Assembly: GCA_051531975.1 (NCBI GenBank)
Contig: JAOPTT010000001.1
Location: forward strand, 128,001 to 192,000
Source: Spirochaetaceae bacterium
Lineage (GTDB): Bacteria; Spirochaetota; Spirochaetia; DSM-2461
DNA length: 64,000 nucleotides
Direction of reading: 5' to 3'
Below the pieces are notes generated by a model. The model was not told where the DNA came from. It did not search any database and worked only from the letters and a program-made list of their open reading frames with translations. A program made the translations under genes and the position numbers. Within the stretch, counting starts at the first letter, position 1. Every line of letters begins with the position of its first letter. Shown in pieces: positions 20,730 to 29,991 of this stretch.

Positions 20730-21356
20730 CTACTCTATTCCCATTAATTTCATATTATCAAACGAGATTTTTATTGATTCAAAAATGCCTCTATCACTAC
20801 AGGTGCTGTCCTGTTCAACAACATACCACCGGACATCTGTCTCTACACACGCCTTAATTATCTCTTCCCAATTTAGATTCCCTTCGCCTATTTCAGCAAA
20901 CTCTGGAATCCGTCTGTTTTCATAATCCACCTGCCCTAATGCAAAGTCCTCTACTTCAATTTTAGGAAGTGATCTATTTTCAACTTTTCCGGATAAGGAC
21001 TCAGGTTTCCCTAAAAAGAGATTGGCAAGATCTATAGTATGTATGGCCTGATTAATTAAAGTACCACCACCTTCACTCTCCCATCTTCCTCGCCAAAAAT
21101 CTGTGTGATAATAATCCATAGCACGCTCACAACTGAAGTTAAGATCTCCACTAAGGATTTCACCAAATACTCCCTGGTTTACAAGTTCTTTTAATTTAAT
21201 GATGAGAGGAGATTGTCTATGCTGGAATGCAATTGTTGTTTTATGCTACCTGTTTTCCGATAGTTCCACCATTTTATATAAATCATCCAGTGTAGTTGCC
21301 AGAGGCTTTTCACATAAAACATGTTTACCACTAAGCAGTGCTTTTTCAAAAAGTTC
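20730..21356 (-). pseudogene. Chimeric remnant: middle of oxidoreductase (cf. 31192-32262) fused in frame to C-terminus of isomerase (cf. 29190-29978)
   Basis: ELFEKAL..VLCEKPLATT..ENR*HKTT..GGGTLINQAIHTIDL..YENRR joined to IPEFAEIGEGNLNW..MGIE; in-frame TAG at 21246-21248; N-terminus missing. Confidence 0.9.
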
Positions 21357-21609
21357 AGGAGTAATGAAATTTACATTGTATTATCGTTATAGAGTCATCA
21401 TCATATGTGTATACTAACACATCTTTCTTAGTTATATGCTTGGAATAATATCCTGATAGATTACCCTTAAGAGGTTCAGCCCTTTCTTCAGGGGTTCGTT
21501 GTGACGTTTTAATTAGACTATTCAACTTCTTTAATAGTTTACGATCTTCAGATTGAAGAGATACATAATCTTCCCATGCATTATCATGAAACTTAACGTA
21601 CCTACTCAC
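21355..21609 (-). CDS. yoeB: Txe/YoeB family toxin
   Basis: AWEDY, EPLKGNLSGYYS and C-terminal CKFHY; 84 aa; overlaps antitoxin. Confidence 0.88.
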   Translation of the reverse strand: MSRYVKFHDNAWEDYVSLQSEDRKLLKKLNSLIKTSQRTPEERAEPLKGNLSGYYSKHITKKDVLVYTYDDDSITIIQCKFHYS

Positions 21610-21856
21610 CGATAAGTTCTCGCTCCGTTACTTTTCCTTGCTTTACATCCTCTACTGCATCTAACAACCTCTTAGCATTAGCAGGGGTACTGAGTAAATA
21701 ATTGGTGGTAGTCCACCCCTTGTAATCTTCTAGTGACATAACGACTACATCTTTGCCTTCTTTACTGGTTATTATAGTCTCTGTAGAAGTATCAACGACA
21801 TTATCTATCAATTCTCTTAAATTATTACGGGCAGATGTGTAACTCATGATATTCAT
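21602..21856 (-). CDS. yefM: Phd/YefM family antitoxin
   Basis: MSYTSARNNL, VVMSLEDY and YLLSTPANAKRL motifs. Confidence 0.92.
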   Translation of the reverse strand: MNIMSYTSARNNLRELIDNVVDTSTETIITSKEGKDVVVMSLEDYKGWTTTNYLLSTPANAKRLLDAVEDVKQGKVTERELIGE

Positions 21857-22272
21857 ATTAAGCTCCTATAATTAAATTAAGGAAGTCATTACTCTTATAA
21901 TAAATCACTCCTATAAGTACATACTACTATCTTGTCAGAATCCTGTACAAAACAGAAGCTTTGCTTTGCTAAATAAAAGTTAATTAAACCAGCACCTGTA
22001 AACCAGCCAACAGCAGAACAAAGTCTTGAAAACCGTCCTCCAGATATCACTTTCGATGGTATAAATTTCTTATTCTCTTTAGCTAACTTTTCCTGCATAT
22101 TTATAGAAGTCACCCATATATGCTGTAATGAGTTCATCTTGTCTGCTTCGAATTTGATTAAAAGATGTCAGTATTTACAAATATTCCTATGAATTTTTAC
22201 AAAAAGTATCAAAAAACACTTAGAACAAAGCATATCTATGTAACAGATTGTATTCAGGAGACAATATATGAT

Positions 22273-22686
22273 TCACGAATATAGACTATCTATCTCTTTA
22301 ATAAACAGTTTAAAGTTCGATAGATGATTATGAATAATGTCAAATACTAGTTCCCAATCTATATCATTGTACTCATGTACAGATATATTTCTAAAACCAA
22401 CAGATTTTTGAAGCTTAATTGATAACTCTCCAGGGAGAATACGGTTATCAGAAAGAGCCTTAAATGTACCAGCCATAGTATTTGAAGGTTTGATATCTCT
22501 CTCGGAAATTATAATAGCAGATATATCCACCGATATTTGAACAGCTCTTTCCAAGTTCACGGATATTATATCCTGAAGATCATAATCGCTTTTAAGAATA
22601 GATATTTCATCCGGTCTTTTACTCTCTATACGTTTTATACACCTAATTAAAGACTCTATTTTTTTAATTATAGCTTCATTCATCAT
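22273..22686 (-). CDS. hepT: HepT/DUF86 HEPN ribonuclease toxin (type VII TA)
   Basis: RX4HXY motif RNISVHEY; downstream of a minimal nucleotidyltransferase. Confidence 0.9.
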   Translation of the reverse strand: MMNEAIIKKIESLIRCIKRIESKRPDEISILKSDYDLQDIISVNLERAVQISVDISAIIISERDIKPSNTMAGTFKALSDNRILPGELSIKLQKSVGFRNISVHEYNDIDWELVFDIIHNHLSNFKLFIKEIDSLYS

Positions 22687-23080
22687 TTAAAAAATCCTTA
22701 ATTCTATTTTTATAAGACAGAATGTGATATGGAAGAATATCCTCTGTAAATGTAATCATCTTTGTAATATATAAAGCCTTTAAGATTGGATCTGAATTCT
22801 TAACAGTAAGACCTTTTTGAAGAACCTCTTTAAGTATTACTCCCTCCATCTTGGAGATATCAATTACAGAGACTTCCCTATTTAAAAGGTGGGTTAATTT
22901 CAGTGACAACTCCAGAGATTTATCATTTGATATACGCTTATTACTGCCAATAGCAATATCTATATCACTTCTGTCTGTTAACCTGTTTGAAGCAGCTGAA
23001 CCATACAAAATTGTAAGCTCTATATCACTATCAATTAGAGGTTTAATCTTTTCTACAATTTCATTACCAGTTTCTGCCAT
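22676..23080 (-). CDS. mntA: MntA minimal nucleotidyltransferase antitoxin
   Basis: GSX10DXD motif GSAASNRLTDRSDID. Confidence 0.9.
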   Translation of the reverse strand: MAETGNEIVEKIKPLIDSDIELTILYGSAASNRLTDRSDIDIAIGSNKRISNDKSLELSLKLTHLLNREVSVIDISKMEGVILKEVLQKGLTVKNSDPILKALYITKMITFTEDILPYHILSYKNRIKDFLNDE

Positions 23081-23205
23081 ATAGATAAAAATACCTTATG
23101 ATTAATAGTTATATCCACTATATAAACCTAATTATACTTTTTTGTTAGAAAATTACCGATCTCGTGTTATATATTATATGGGTTTAATAAATAGTTGCAG
23201 ACCTA

Positions 23206-23238
23206 TGGTCAGATCCATACCAACCATGGTGGTCAGAT
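23206..23238 (+). promoter_or_regulatory. Direct repeat TGGTCAGAT x2, putative GntR/FadR-type operator
   Basis: Exact 9-mers at 23206-23214 and 23230-23238 upstream of 23281; function inferred. Confidence 0.35.
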
Positions 23239-23280
23239 TGAAATTACCAAAAAACAATCAGAACGTATCAAGGAGAAAAT

Positions 23281-24066
23281 ATGTTAAAAAAAATAGTGTT
23301 TAGCCTAATATTCATAATTGCAGTCTTCCAATTAAGTTCACAAACAAAGCCCTTACAACAGGGGCATGCCCATAATGATTATGAGCATAAAAGACCATTG
23401 TTGGATGCTCTTGAAATGGGATTTTGCAGTATAGAAGTCGATGTTTGGCTTGTAAAAGGTGAACTATTAGTAGCTCATGACCGTAAAGATGTCTCTGAAA
23501 GTAAAACTTTAACAAGTCTATACCTGGAGCCACTCCGAAAAATGTTAAATAGTAACCAGGGGAAAATATATGATGATGGTACAGGAATTACCCTACTGGT
23601 GGATTTTAAATCCAGTGCCGGAAGAACCTACTCTGCATTAAAAAAGGCTATTTCAGAATACAGTGATATTCTTACCAGTTTTAGTGATAATGAGACACAA
23701 CCTGGTCCGGTTACTATTATTATTTCAGGAAAGAGACCTATACGGCAAGTAAAGAAAGAGAAGCTAAGGTATGCAGGAATTGATGGAAGGTTAAGTGATC
23801 TGAAAAAACCGATAAATCCAAACCTGTACCCGCTAATTAGCGATAACTGGAATAATGCCATTAAAGGTGGGGATATTTTTACCAGTAGCGCTACCCGGGA
23901 TAAAGTTTCTGAATATATTCAAACCGTCCATAAAGCAGGATCTACAATACGTTTCTGGAATACTCCGGAAGAGGAAGATCTCTGGGGTATGTTATTAGAT
24001 CTTGGAGTCGATTTAATTAGCACTGATGATCTGGTTGGATTTAAAGATTTCATGTTATCTCCTTAA
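23281..24066 (+). CDS. Exported PI-PLC/glycerophosphodiester phosphodiesterase-like protein
   Basis: Signal peptide; HAHNDY, SIEVDV, LLVAHD, LLVDFK and GVDLISTDDL motifs. Confidence 0.82.
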   Translation: MLKKIVFSLIFIIAVFQLSSQTKPLQQGHAHNDYEHKRPLLDALEMGFCSIEVDVWLVKGELLVAHDRKDVSESKTLTSLYLEPLRKMLNSNQGKIYDDGTGITLLVDFKSSAGRTYSALKKAISEYSDILTSFSDNETQPGPVTIIISGKRPIRQVKKEKLRYAGIDGRLSDLKKPINPNLYPLISDNWNNAIKGGDIFTSSATRDKVSEYIQTVHKAGSTIRFWNTPEEEDLWGMLLDLGVDLISTDDLVGFKDFMLSP

Positions 24067-24153
24067 TAAACGAAAATGTTAAAAGGACAAACATTATTGC
24101 TATTGATTTGCCATGTTCAGAGGTGCAATACTATATTTAAATGAGGAAAAGTT

Positions 24154-26343
24154 ATGAGTATTAGTTACGATAGTATAAAAAAGCAGTTTCATCTACATAC
24201 AAAAGAGACCAGTTATCTGATGGAGATAATTAACGATAAACACCTAGCTCATGCCTATTGGGGAAAAAGAGTACATAGTGAAAATATAGACAGGTTAGTG
24301 GATCTTTATGCTGTTAGTAGCTTCTCTCCACTACCTGACTCAGGGCGAAAAGACATATCTTTTGATACTATACCAAGGGAATTCCCAGACTATGGACGTT
24401 CAGATTATGAGAGTCCAGCAATAGAGATAACAACTGATTTAAGTTCTCATATAATTGAACCAAACTACCACTCTCATAAAATAGTTAAGGGTAAACCAGA
24501 AATAGAAGGGTTACCATCCACATATTTAAATCAAGACGATTCTACTGACACACTTATAATTAAGTTAGAAGACAAACTTCTAAACCTAGTAATAAAACTA
24601 TATTATTCAGTATCAGAAGAGTACAATGTTATTACTAGACATGTTGTTGTGGAAAACATTGGAAAACAATCTGTAGTACTAAATAAGATTATGAGTTCCA
24701 ATGTGGACTTTATTCAGGACAGTAATTTTGAACTAATAAATTTATTTGGATCATGGACTGGAGAGAGACAAGTTTCCAGAATCCCTGTAGGAAGAAGTGG
24801 ACATATTGTTGATAGTAAAAGAGGATCAAGCTCCCATGAACAAAACCCTTTTATTGCTATATCCCGTCCTGAAACAACTGATTTTAATGGAGAAGTATAT
24901 AGTATGAACCTAGTTTATAGTGGTTCATTTTCTTCTGAAGTTTCTGTTAATGCTTATGGCAAAACAAGAATGATGATGGGTATAAATCCTATCGATTTTG
25001 AGTGGAATCTAGAAACTGGAAAGAGATTTACGTCCCCGGAAGCTGTTTTAGTCTATTCAGACAAAGGTCTAAATGGAATGTCTTCCCTCTATCACCGGCT
25101 CTACCGTGAAAGATTATGTCGAGGGACTTGGCAATACAAAGAGCGACCAATCCTTATTAATAACTGGGAAGCCACCTACTTTAATTTTAATGAAGACAAA
25201 ATTAAGAACCTAATCGATGAAAGTTGCAAACTAGGTTTAGAGCTTTTTGTTCTAGATGATGGTTGGTTTGGAAAAAGAGATTCTGATACCTGTAGTCTTG
25301 GTGACTGGTTTGTACACAAAGAGAAACTACCAGGTGGATTAGAAACACTATCTGATTATGCTCATAAAAAAGGAATGATGTTTGGACTTTGGTTTGAACC
25401 AGAGATGATATCCCCAATAAGTGAACTCTATGAGGCCCATGAAGACTGGTGCCTTCATATAAAAAATAGATCAAGATCAGAGAGTAGGGATCAACTTATT
25501 TTAGATCTTGGTAGAGAAGATGTAAGAGATTATCTATTTGAATCTATATCAAAAATACTAAAGAGTACGCAAATTGATTATGTGAAATGGGATATGAATA
25601 GAAATATGACAGAGGTAGGTTCAGCTATTCTTCCAGCTAATAGACAAAAAGAGACAACTCATCGATACATTTTAGGTCTATATGAGTTAATGGAAAAAAT
25701 AACATCTAGTTTCCCTAATATTCTATTTGAAAGCTGTTCTGGTGGTGGAGGAAGATTTGATCCGGGAATGTTGCATTATATGCCACAAACATGGACAAGT
25801 GATAACTCCGATAGTTACGACAGGCTTAAAATACAGTGGGGAACATCCTATGTTTATCCTCCAATCTCTATGGGTTCCCACGTTTCAGAGATACCAAACC
25901 ACCAAGTACAGAGAAATACTCCATTCCATACTAGGGGCAATGTAGCCATGTCTGCAAACCTAGGATATGAACTGGATATTACAAAATCATCACAGGAAGA
26001 TAAGCAGTTGGTTAAAGAGCAGATAGAGGTTTATAAATCCATTAGACATACTGTTCAGTTTGGAGATTTTTATCGTCTACAATCCCCATATAAAGCCGAC
26101 TCAACAGCGTGGATGATTGTCTCTACAGATAAAAAACAGGTTGTTGTTTACTATTTTAATCATCTAGCGAAATACCACATAACTGTCGGAAAACTTAAAC
26201 TAACAGAGTTAGATCCAGAGGCTGAATATGTTTTAGATAGTGGACAAAAAATGTATGGGGATGCACTGATGCACTTTGGACTCAGAATTCCAGAAATGAA
26301 GGGTGACTTTGACTCTGCTATGATCATTTTAAATAGAAGTTAA
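24154..26343 (+). CDS. GH36 alpha-galactosidase
   Basis: NNWEATYF, FVLDDGWFG, FGLWFEPEM, YVKWDMNR and CSGGGGRFD motifs. Confidence 0.96.
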   Translation: MSISYDSIKKQFHLHTKETSYLMEIINDKHLAHAYWGKRVHSENIDRLVDLYAVSSFSPLPDSGRKDISFDTIPREFPDYGRSDYESPAIEITTDLSSHIIEPNYHSHKIVKGKPEIEGLPSTYLNQDDSTDTLIIKLEDKLLNLVIKLYYSVSEEYNVITRHVVVENIGKQSVVLNKIMSSNVDFIQDSNFELINLFGSWTGERQVSRIPVGRSGHIVDSKRGSSSHEQNPFIAISRPETTDFNGEVYSMNLVYSGSFSSEVSVNAYGKTRMMMGINPIDFEWNLETGKRFTSPEAVLVYSDKGLNGMSSLYHRLYRERLCRGTWQYKERPILINNWEATYFNFNEDKIKNLIDESCKLGLELFVLDDGWFGKRDSDTCSLGDWFVHKEKLPGGLETLSDYAHKKGMMFGLWFEPEMISPISELYEAHEDWCLHIKNRSRSESRDQLILDLGREDVRDYLFESISKILKSTQIDYVKWDMNRNMTEVGSAILPANRQKETTHRYILGLYELMEKITSSFPNILFESCSGGGGRFDPGMLHYMPQTWTSDNSDSYDRLKIQWGTSYVYPPISMGSHVSEIPNHQVQRNTPFHTRGNVAMSANLGYELDITKSSQEDKQLVKEQIEVYKSIRHTVQFGDFYRLQSPYKADSTAWMIVSTDKKQVVVYYFNHLAKYHITVGKLKLTELDPEAEYVLDSGQKMYGDALMHFGLRIPEMKGDFDSAMIILNRS

Positions 26344-26363
26344 TACTAGGAGTTTTATAAAAA

Positions 26364-27188
26364 ATGAAGATAAAAATACTTGGAACCGCTGCTGCGGAGG
26401 GCTGGCCAGCACTATTTTGTAACTGTAAAGCCTGTAATATAGCCAGAGAATTAGGTGGTAAAAATATTAGAACAAGGGCCTCTATTTTAATTGATGATCT
26501 ATTAAAAATAGACCTTCCTCCAGATACACTTATGCACAGTCATAACTATAACCTGGAACTACACAAACTAAAATATCTATTAATTACCCACTCACATGCA
26601 GATCACCTAAATGCCGATGACCTAGAGTTAATTATTGAACCCTTTGCTTATCCTGGAATTATAGATAGGTTAAAAATATACTCAAACAGAACAAGTAACA
26701 AAATCATAAAAAAAAGTATGAAAAGGCATGGCACAAACTTTAATAAAAATAAAGATCTGTTAAACAAACTTAGCGCATTTCAGGAGTTGTCTATACCACC
26801 TTATAATGTAACAACTCTAAAGGCCAACCATAGTCCAAAAGAAGAAGCTCTGAACTACATTATAGAAAAGCAAGGGAAAAGTTTACTCTATACCTGCGAT
26901 ACAGGATATTATCAGAAACATACATGGGATTTTCTTAAAGGTAAAAAAGTAGATATGGTAATAAGTGAGTGTACTATGGGCTGTGGAAAATCAGACTATA
27001 AATACCATATGGGTATGCTGGATGTAGTAAATTTCAAACAAAAGTCTGAAGAGATTGGTTTAACAGATATCAATACAAAATGGATATTAACACACTTCTC
27101 CCACGGAGGAGCTAAAACCCACAAAGAGCTGGAGGAATTAGCTTGTCCACATGGATTTATTATTGCCTGGGATGGAATGGAAATATAG
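26364..27188 (+). CDS. Metallo-beta-lactamase-fold hydrolase, PhnP-like
   Basis: LGTAAAEG..CNCKAC, THSHADH, CDTG and THFSH motifs. Confidence 0.85.
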   Translation: MKIKILGTAAAEGWPALFCNCKACNIARELGGKNIRTRASILIDDLLKIDLPPDTLMHSHNYNLELHKLKYLLITHSHADHLNADDLELIIEPFAYPGIIDRLKIYSNRTSNKIIKKSMKRHGTNFNKNKDLLNKLSAFQELSIPPYNVTTLKANHSPKEEALNYIIEKQGKSLLYTCDTGYYQKHTWDFLKGKKVDMVISECTMGCGKSDYKYHMGMLDVVNFKQKSEEIGLTDINTKWILTHFSHGGAKTHKELEELACPHGFIIAWDGMEI

Positions 27189-27218
27189 AGCAGACCCAGG
27201 AGACCACTTTACCATACC

Positions 27219-28067
27219 TTATAATTCGACAATTCCATATCCCAGACCTATAGTGTTCCCACTTAATAAAAAGCTTTTCATTTTTTTCTGTAACGATGAG
27301 TTCTCAGGCATATCCACTGATGGTTTAGAATAGTTCCCAAAAACCCTTTCCATGGCCTGTGTACCCTTTTCTTCATTCTTAATAAAATTAAACAATTCAG
27401 AAAACTTAATAATATTAGAATCCTTGTCCAAGATTCTTTTTAGGTTTTCATTTAATAACCATGAGTGGCATGCAGCTACGTTGTACTCTTTTTTGTAATG
27501 TGTTTTATAAAAACCTTTTGCCATATCCAGGGATGCCTGACATGATGTGATATCCAGTTTCTCCCCCTCTGGAATATGTATATATAGACAGCGGGTTAAT
27601 ACTGGGTATCCACCAATATTTTTATCCAAACGTCCAACTTCAAACTGCAGTCGCCCTAGTTTAAAAAGCTCTAACATTAGACTTTTTCTAACCCATCCGG
27701 TTCCTGTTAGTCCAACTTTACCACTACTTTTAAAATAACCATTTGACCAGACATTAATATCACTCATTGAGTCAGTAAATACTTTTAGGTCTATACCTCT
27801 ATCCACATACCTATCTCTACATCTACCTGAAAATATTACAACAAAATATAGATTTAATATGGGATGTATATCTTTTTTAAATTTTCTAGAGAGATAAAAA
27901 TCAAATACCTTTTTACTCATAATAAAAATCTTATATATTAAAGCCTCATTTTTATCGATTAATTCAAAAAGATCCCTATTCTCTTTTATATAAAGGGTCA
28001 TAAAATCGATTTCTCTCTTATTTAGAGATATCTGTTTGGCCATTTTAACAAATTCCACACTACTCAT
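27219..28067 (-). CDS. GNAT-like acyltransferase domain protein (DUF5596-like)
   Basis: FKLGRLQFE, IHIPEG, CHSWLL, SNIIKF and SSLQ motifs. Confidence 0.75.
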   Translation of the reverse strand: MSSVEFVKMAKQISLNKREIDFMTLYIKENRDLFELIDKNEALIYKIFIMSKKVFDFYLSRKFKKDIHPILNLYFVVIFSGRCRDRYVDRGIDLKVFTDSMSDINVWSNGYFKSSGKVGLTGTGWVRKSLMLELFKLGRLQFEVGRLDKNIGGYPVLTRCLYIHIPEGEKLDITSCQASLDMAKGFYKTHYKKEYNVAACHSWLLNENLKRILDKDSNIIKFSELFNFIKNEEKGTQAMERVFGNYSKPSVDMPENSSLQKKMKSFLLSGNTIGLGYGIVEL

Positions 28068-28171
28068 AATAATTACACCTCTATGACATACTAATGTCTT
28101 TGATAATATGATGATACTCTTACTATTATGATAAAGAAATGGCTTATTTGTCTATGTTTTTAACAATATCG
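28012..28171. repeat. 160-bp direct repeat, copy 2 (identical to 19925-20084)
   Basis: Covers the acyltransferase 5' end and its upstream region. Confidence 0.92.
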
Positions 28172-28233
28172 TCTGAAAGTAGTGTTAAAATGTCCTGAGT
28201 AACTGTTCAACAAATCATTATTATATTCTTACA

Positions 28234-28251
28234 CCCCGTCCTACAACGGGG
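28234..28251 (-). terminator. GC hairpin after the isomerase gene
   Basis: CCCCGT-cctaca-ACGGGG. Confidence 0.5.
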
Positions 28252-28287
28252 CTTAATGAATAATAATATAGTTTCAGGTGTAAAGTT

Positions 28288-29187
28288 CTATAAAGTTATC
28301 CCGTCAATCATTTTCATAAATCTCCGTCCATATTCTATATAGTTATTATACTTAACTTCATTTTCTGTATTTACTAATTTATCATGAAATACAACAGACA
28401 TATGGGGCTCCATAGAAAACCCACCATCATAACCAAATTTTAGCAGATCAGTAACTATTTCTTTTACATGGCCCTCACCTTCTCCTGGGAAAGTCCATTT
28501 TGCATCGGGGAATACACCATCTGTCTCATTAAGATAAATTCCATCTTTAATATGAACATAATGAATAAATTCCCGAACCTGTTTATAAAACTCAAAGGCA
28601 TTCTGCTTTTTATATGGCTTAGCTCCCCTACTATCATAAGTCATTACAGGATTCCCTGTATCAAAAACCAGTTTGAAGTTAGGAGAATTTATCTGCTCCA
28701 GCAACTTTAAGGTATGCTGGGAGGACATTCCACCATAGTTCATACAGTTTTCATGCAGATAGAGGATTCCGGCGTCTTCACAAATATTTACTAGGTGTTT
28801 TACTTTAGAAAATACATGTTTTGTTATTTCAGGACTGTCTGGATCAGTATCCTTTACTAAAGCAAAACTCATTCCACGGAGCATTGTGGTTCCTAGTTTT
28901 TTCATTCTTGGAATAACATCTTTTAACTCTTTTATACTCTGCTCAAAAGCCTCTTCGCTTCTAGGGTCTTTCCCCCAGTTGGCTATAGCGGAACCATAAC
29001 AATTGATCTTTACATCATTAATCTTTAGTTTATCTGAAATCACTTCAAACTCTTCTTCAGTTAGAGTTGAAAGATTTTTAGAACCTATAGCTCGGGACTC
29101 AATATTTTCCCAACCTAGTTCATTTGTAACTTCTATCTGTTTATCAAAATCTTCAGATGCCTCGTCGGCAAAACCGGAATAATACAT
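28288..29187 (-). CDS. Sugar phosphate isomerase/epimerase (xylose isomerase-like TIM barrel)
   Basis: SGFADE, LHENC, VFDTGNP, VHIKDG and SMEPH metal-ligand pattern. Confidence 0.9.
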   Translation of the reverse strand: MYYSGFADEASEDFDKQIEVTNELGWENIESRAIGSKNLSTLTEEEFEVISDKLKINDVKINCYGSAIANWGKDPRSEEAFEQSIKELKDVIPRMKKLGTTMLRGMSFALVKDTDPDSPEITKHVFSKVKHLVNICEDAGILYLHENCMNYGGMSSQHTLKLLEQINSPNFKLVFDTGNPVMTYDSRGAKPYKKQNAFEFYKQVREFIHYVHIKDGIYLNETDGVFPDAKWTFPGEGEGHVKEIVTDLLKFGYDGGFSMEPHMSVVFHDKLVNTENEVKYNNYIEYGRRFMKMIDGITL

Positions 29188-29189
29188 AT

Positions 29190-29978
29190 CTACTCTATCC
29201 CCATAGCTTTCATATTATTATATGAGATTTTTAAAGATTCAAAAATATCCCGATCTCCCCTTGGTTGGTCCTGTTCAACAACATACCATCGGACATCTGT
29301 CTCAATACACGCCTTAATTATCTCTTCCCAATTAAGATTTCCTTCGCCTATTTCGGCAAATTCTGGAACAAAACTTTTTCTATCTTCATATTTAAGAGTA
29401 AAATCTTTGAAATGTAAAACAGATGTACGTCCTTTCATCTTCTTTATCCATCCCACAGGATCAGCTCCACCTCTCTGAATCCAGTGAAAATCTAGTTCTG
29501 CAAATAAGTCGGTACTTGTATTATCATATATCTCATCAAGAAATGTTTTATCTGTAAATTTTACAAACTCTTTTTCGTGGTTATGATATGCAAATATTAT
29601 ACCTTCTTGTTTGAATTTTTTCCCTATAACTTCTAAACGTGATGCCAATTCAAGGTTACCTGTAGCAGACCAAAAACCGTCTCCAGGGTATCCAAGAGCT
29701 GTAAAATCGCACTCTAGAGTTTTCATTTTTTTTACTATATTTTCAAAATTATTTTCATATGAATCCAGACCTTCATGGGTTGCACAGCAGTATAATTTAT
29801 GTTTATCCAAAAGGCCCTTTATTACTTCCGGTTTTATAGGACCGATCCCAGATACTTGAACAGCTTGGTAACCAATATCTTTGACTTTACCTAGAGTTTC
29901 ATCTAGGTCTTTCTCTGTTTTACAATAATCCCGAAGGTTAAATAGTGTAACTGCAATTTTACTGTTTGGTGCTTTCAT
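29190..29978 (-). CDS. Sugar phosphate isomerase/epimerase (YHNH-type TIM barrel)
   Basis: YHNHEKEF, ELDFHW, LHFKD, EIGEG and VEQD motifs; start moved to ATG 29978 behind AAGGAA. Confidence 0.9.
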   Translation of the reverse strand: MKAPNSKIAVTLFNLRDYCKTEKDLDETLGKVKDIGYQAVQVSGIGPIKPEVIKGLLDKHKLYCCATHEGLDSYENNFENIVKKMKTLECDFTALGYPGDGFWSATGNLELASRLEVIGKKFKQEGIIFAYHNHEKEFVKFTDKTFLDEIYDNTSTDLFAELDFHWIQRGGADPVGWIKKMKGRTSVLHFKDFTLKYEDRKSFVPEFAEIGEGNLNWEEIIKACIETDVRWYVVEQDQPRGDRDIFESLKISYNNMKAMGIE

Positions 29979-29991
29979 TATATTTTTCCTT

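Noticed and set aside
21199..21417. 72-aa plus-strand ORF similar to 31817-32083
   Set aside because: The similarity simply reflects the antisense of the duplicated oxidoreductase; the same applies to 20367-20603 versus 28468-28710.
21895..22137. 80-aa ORF between the two TA modules
   Set aside because: No recognisable family or clear RBS, and its 3' part overlaps the probable yefM promoter region (TGTACA at about 21943). It may be a degraded fragment but cannot be supported as a gene.
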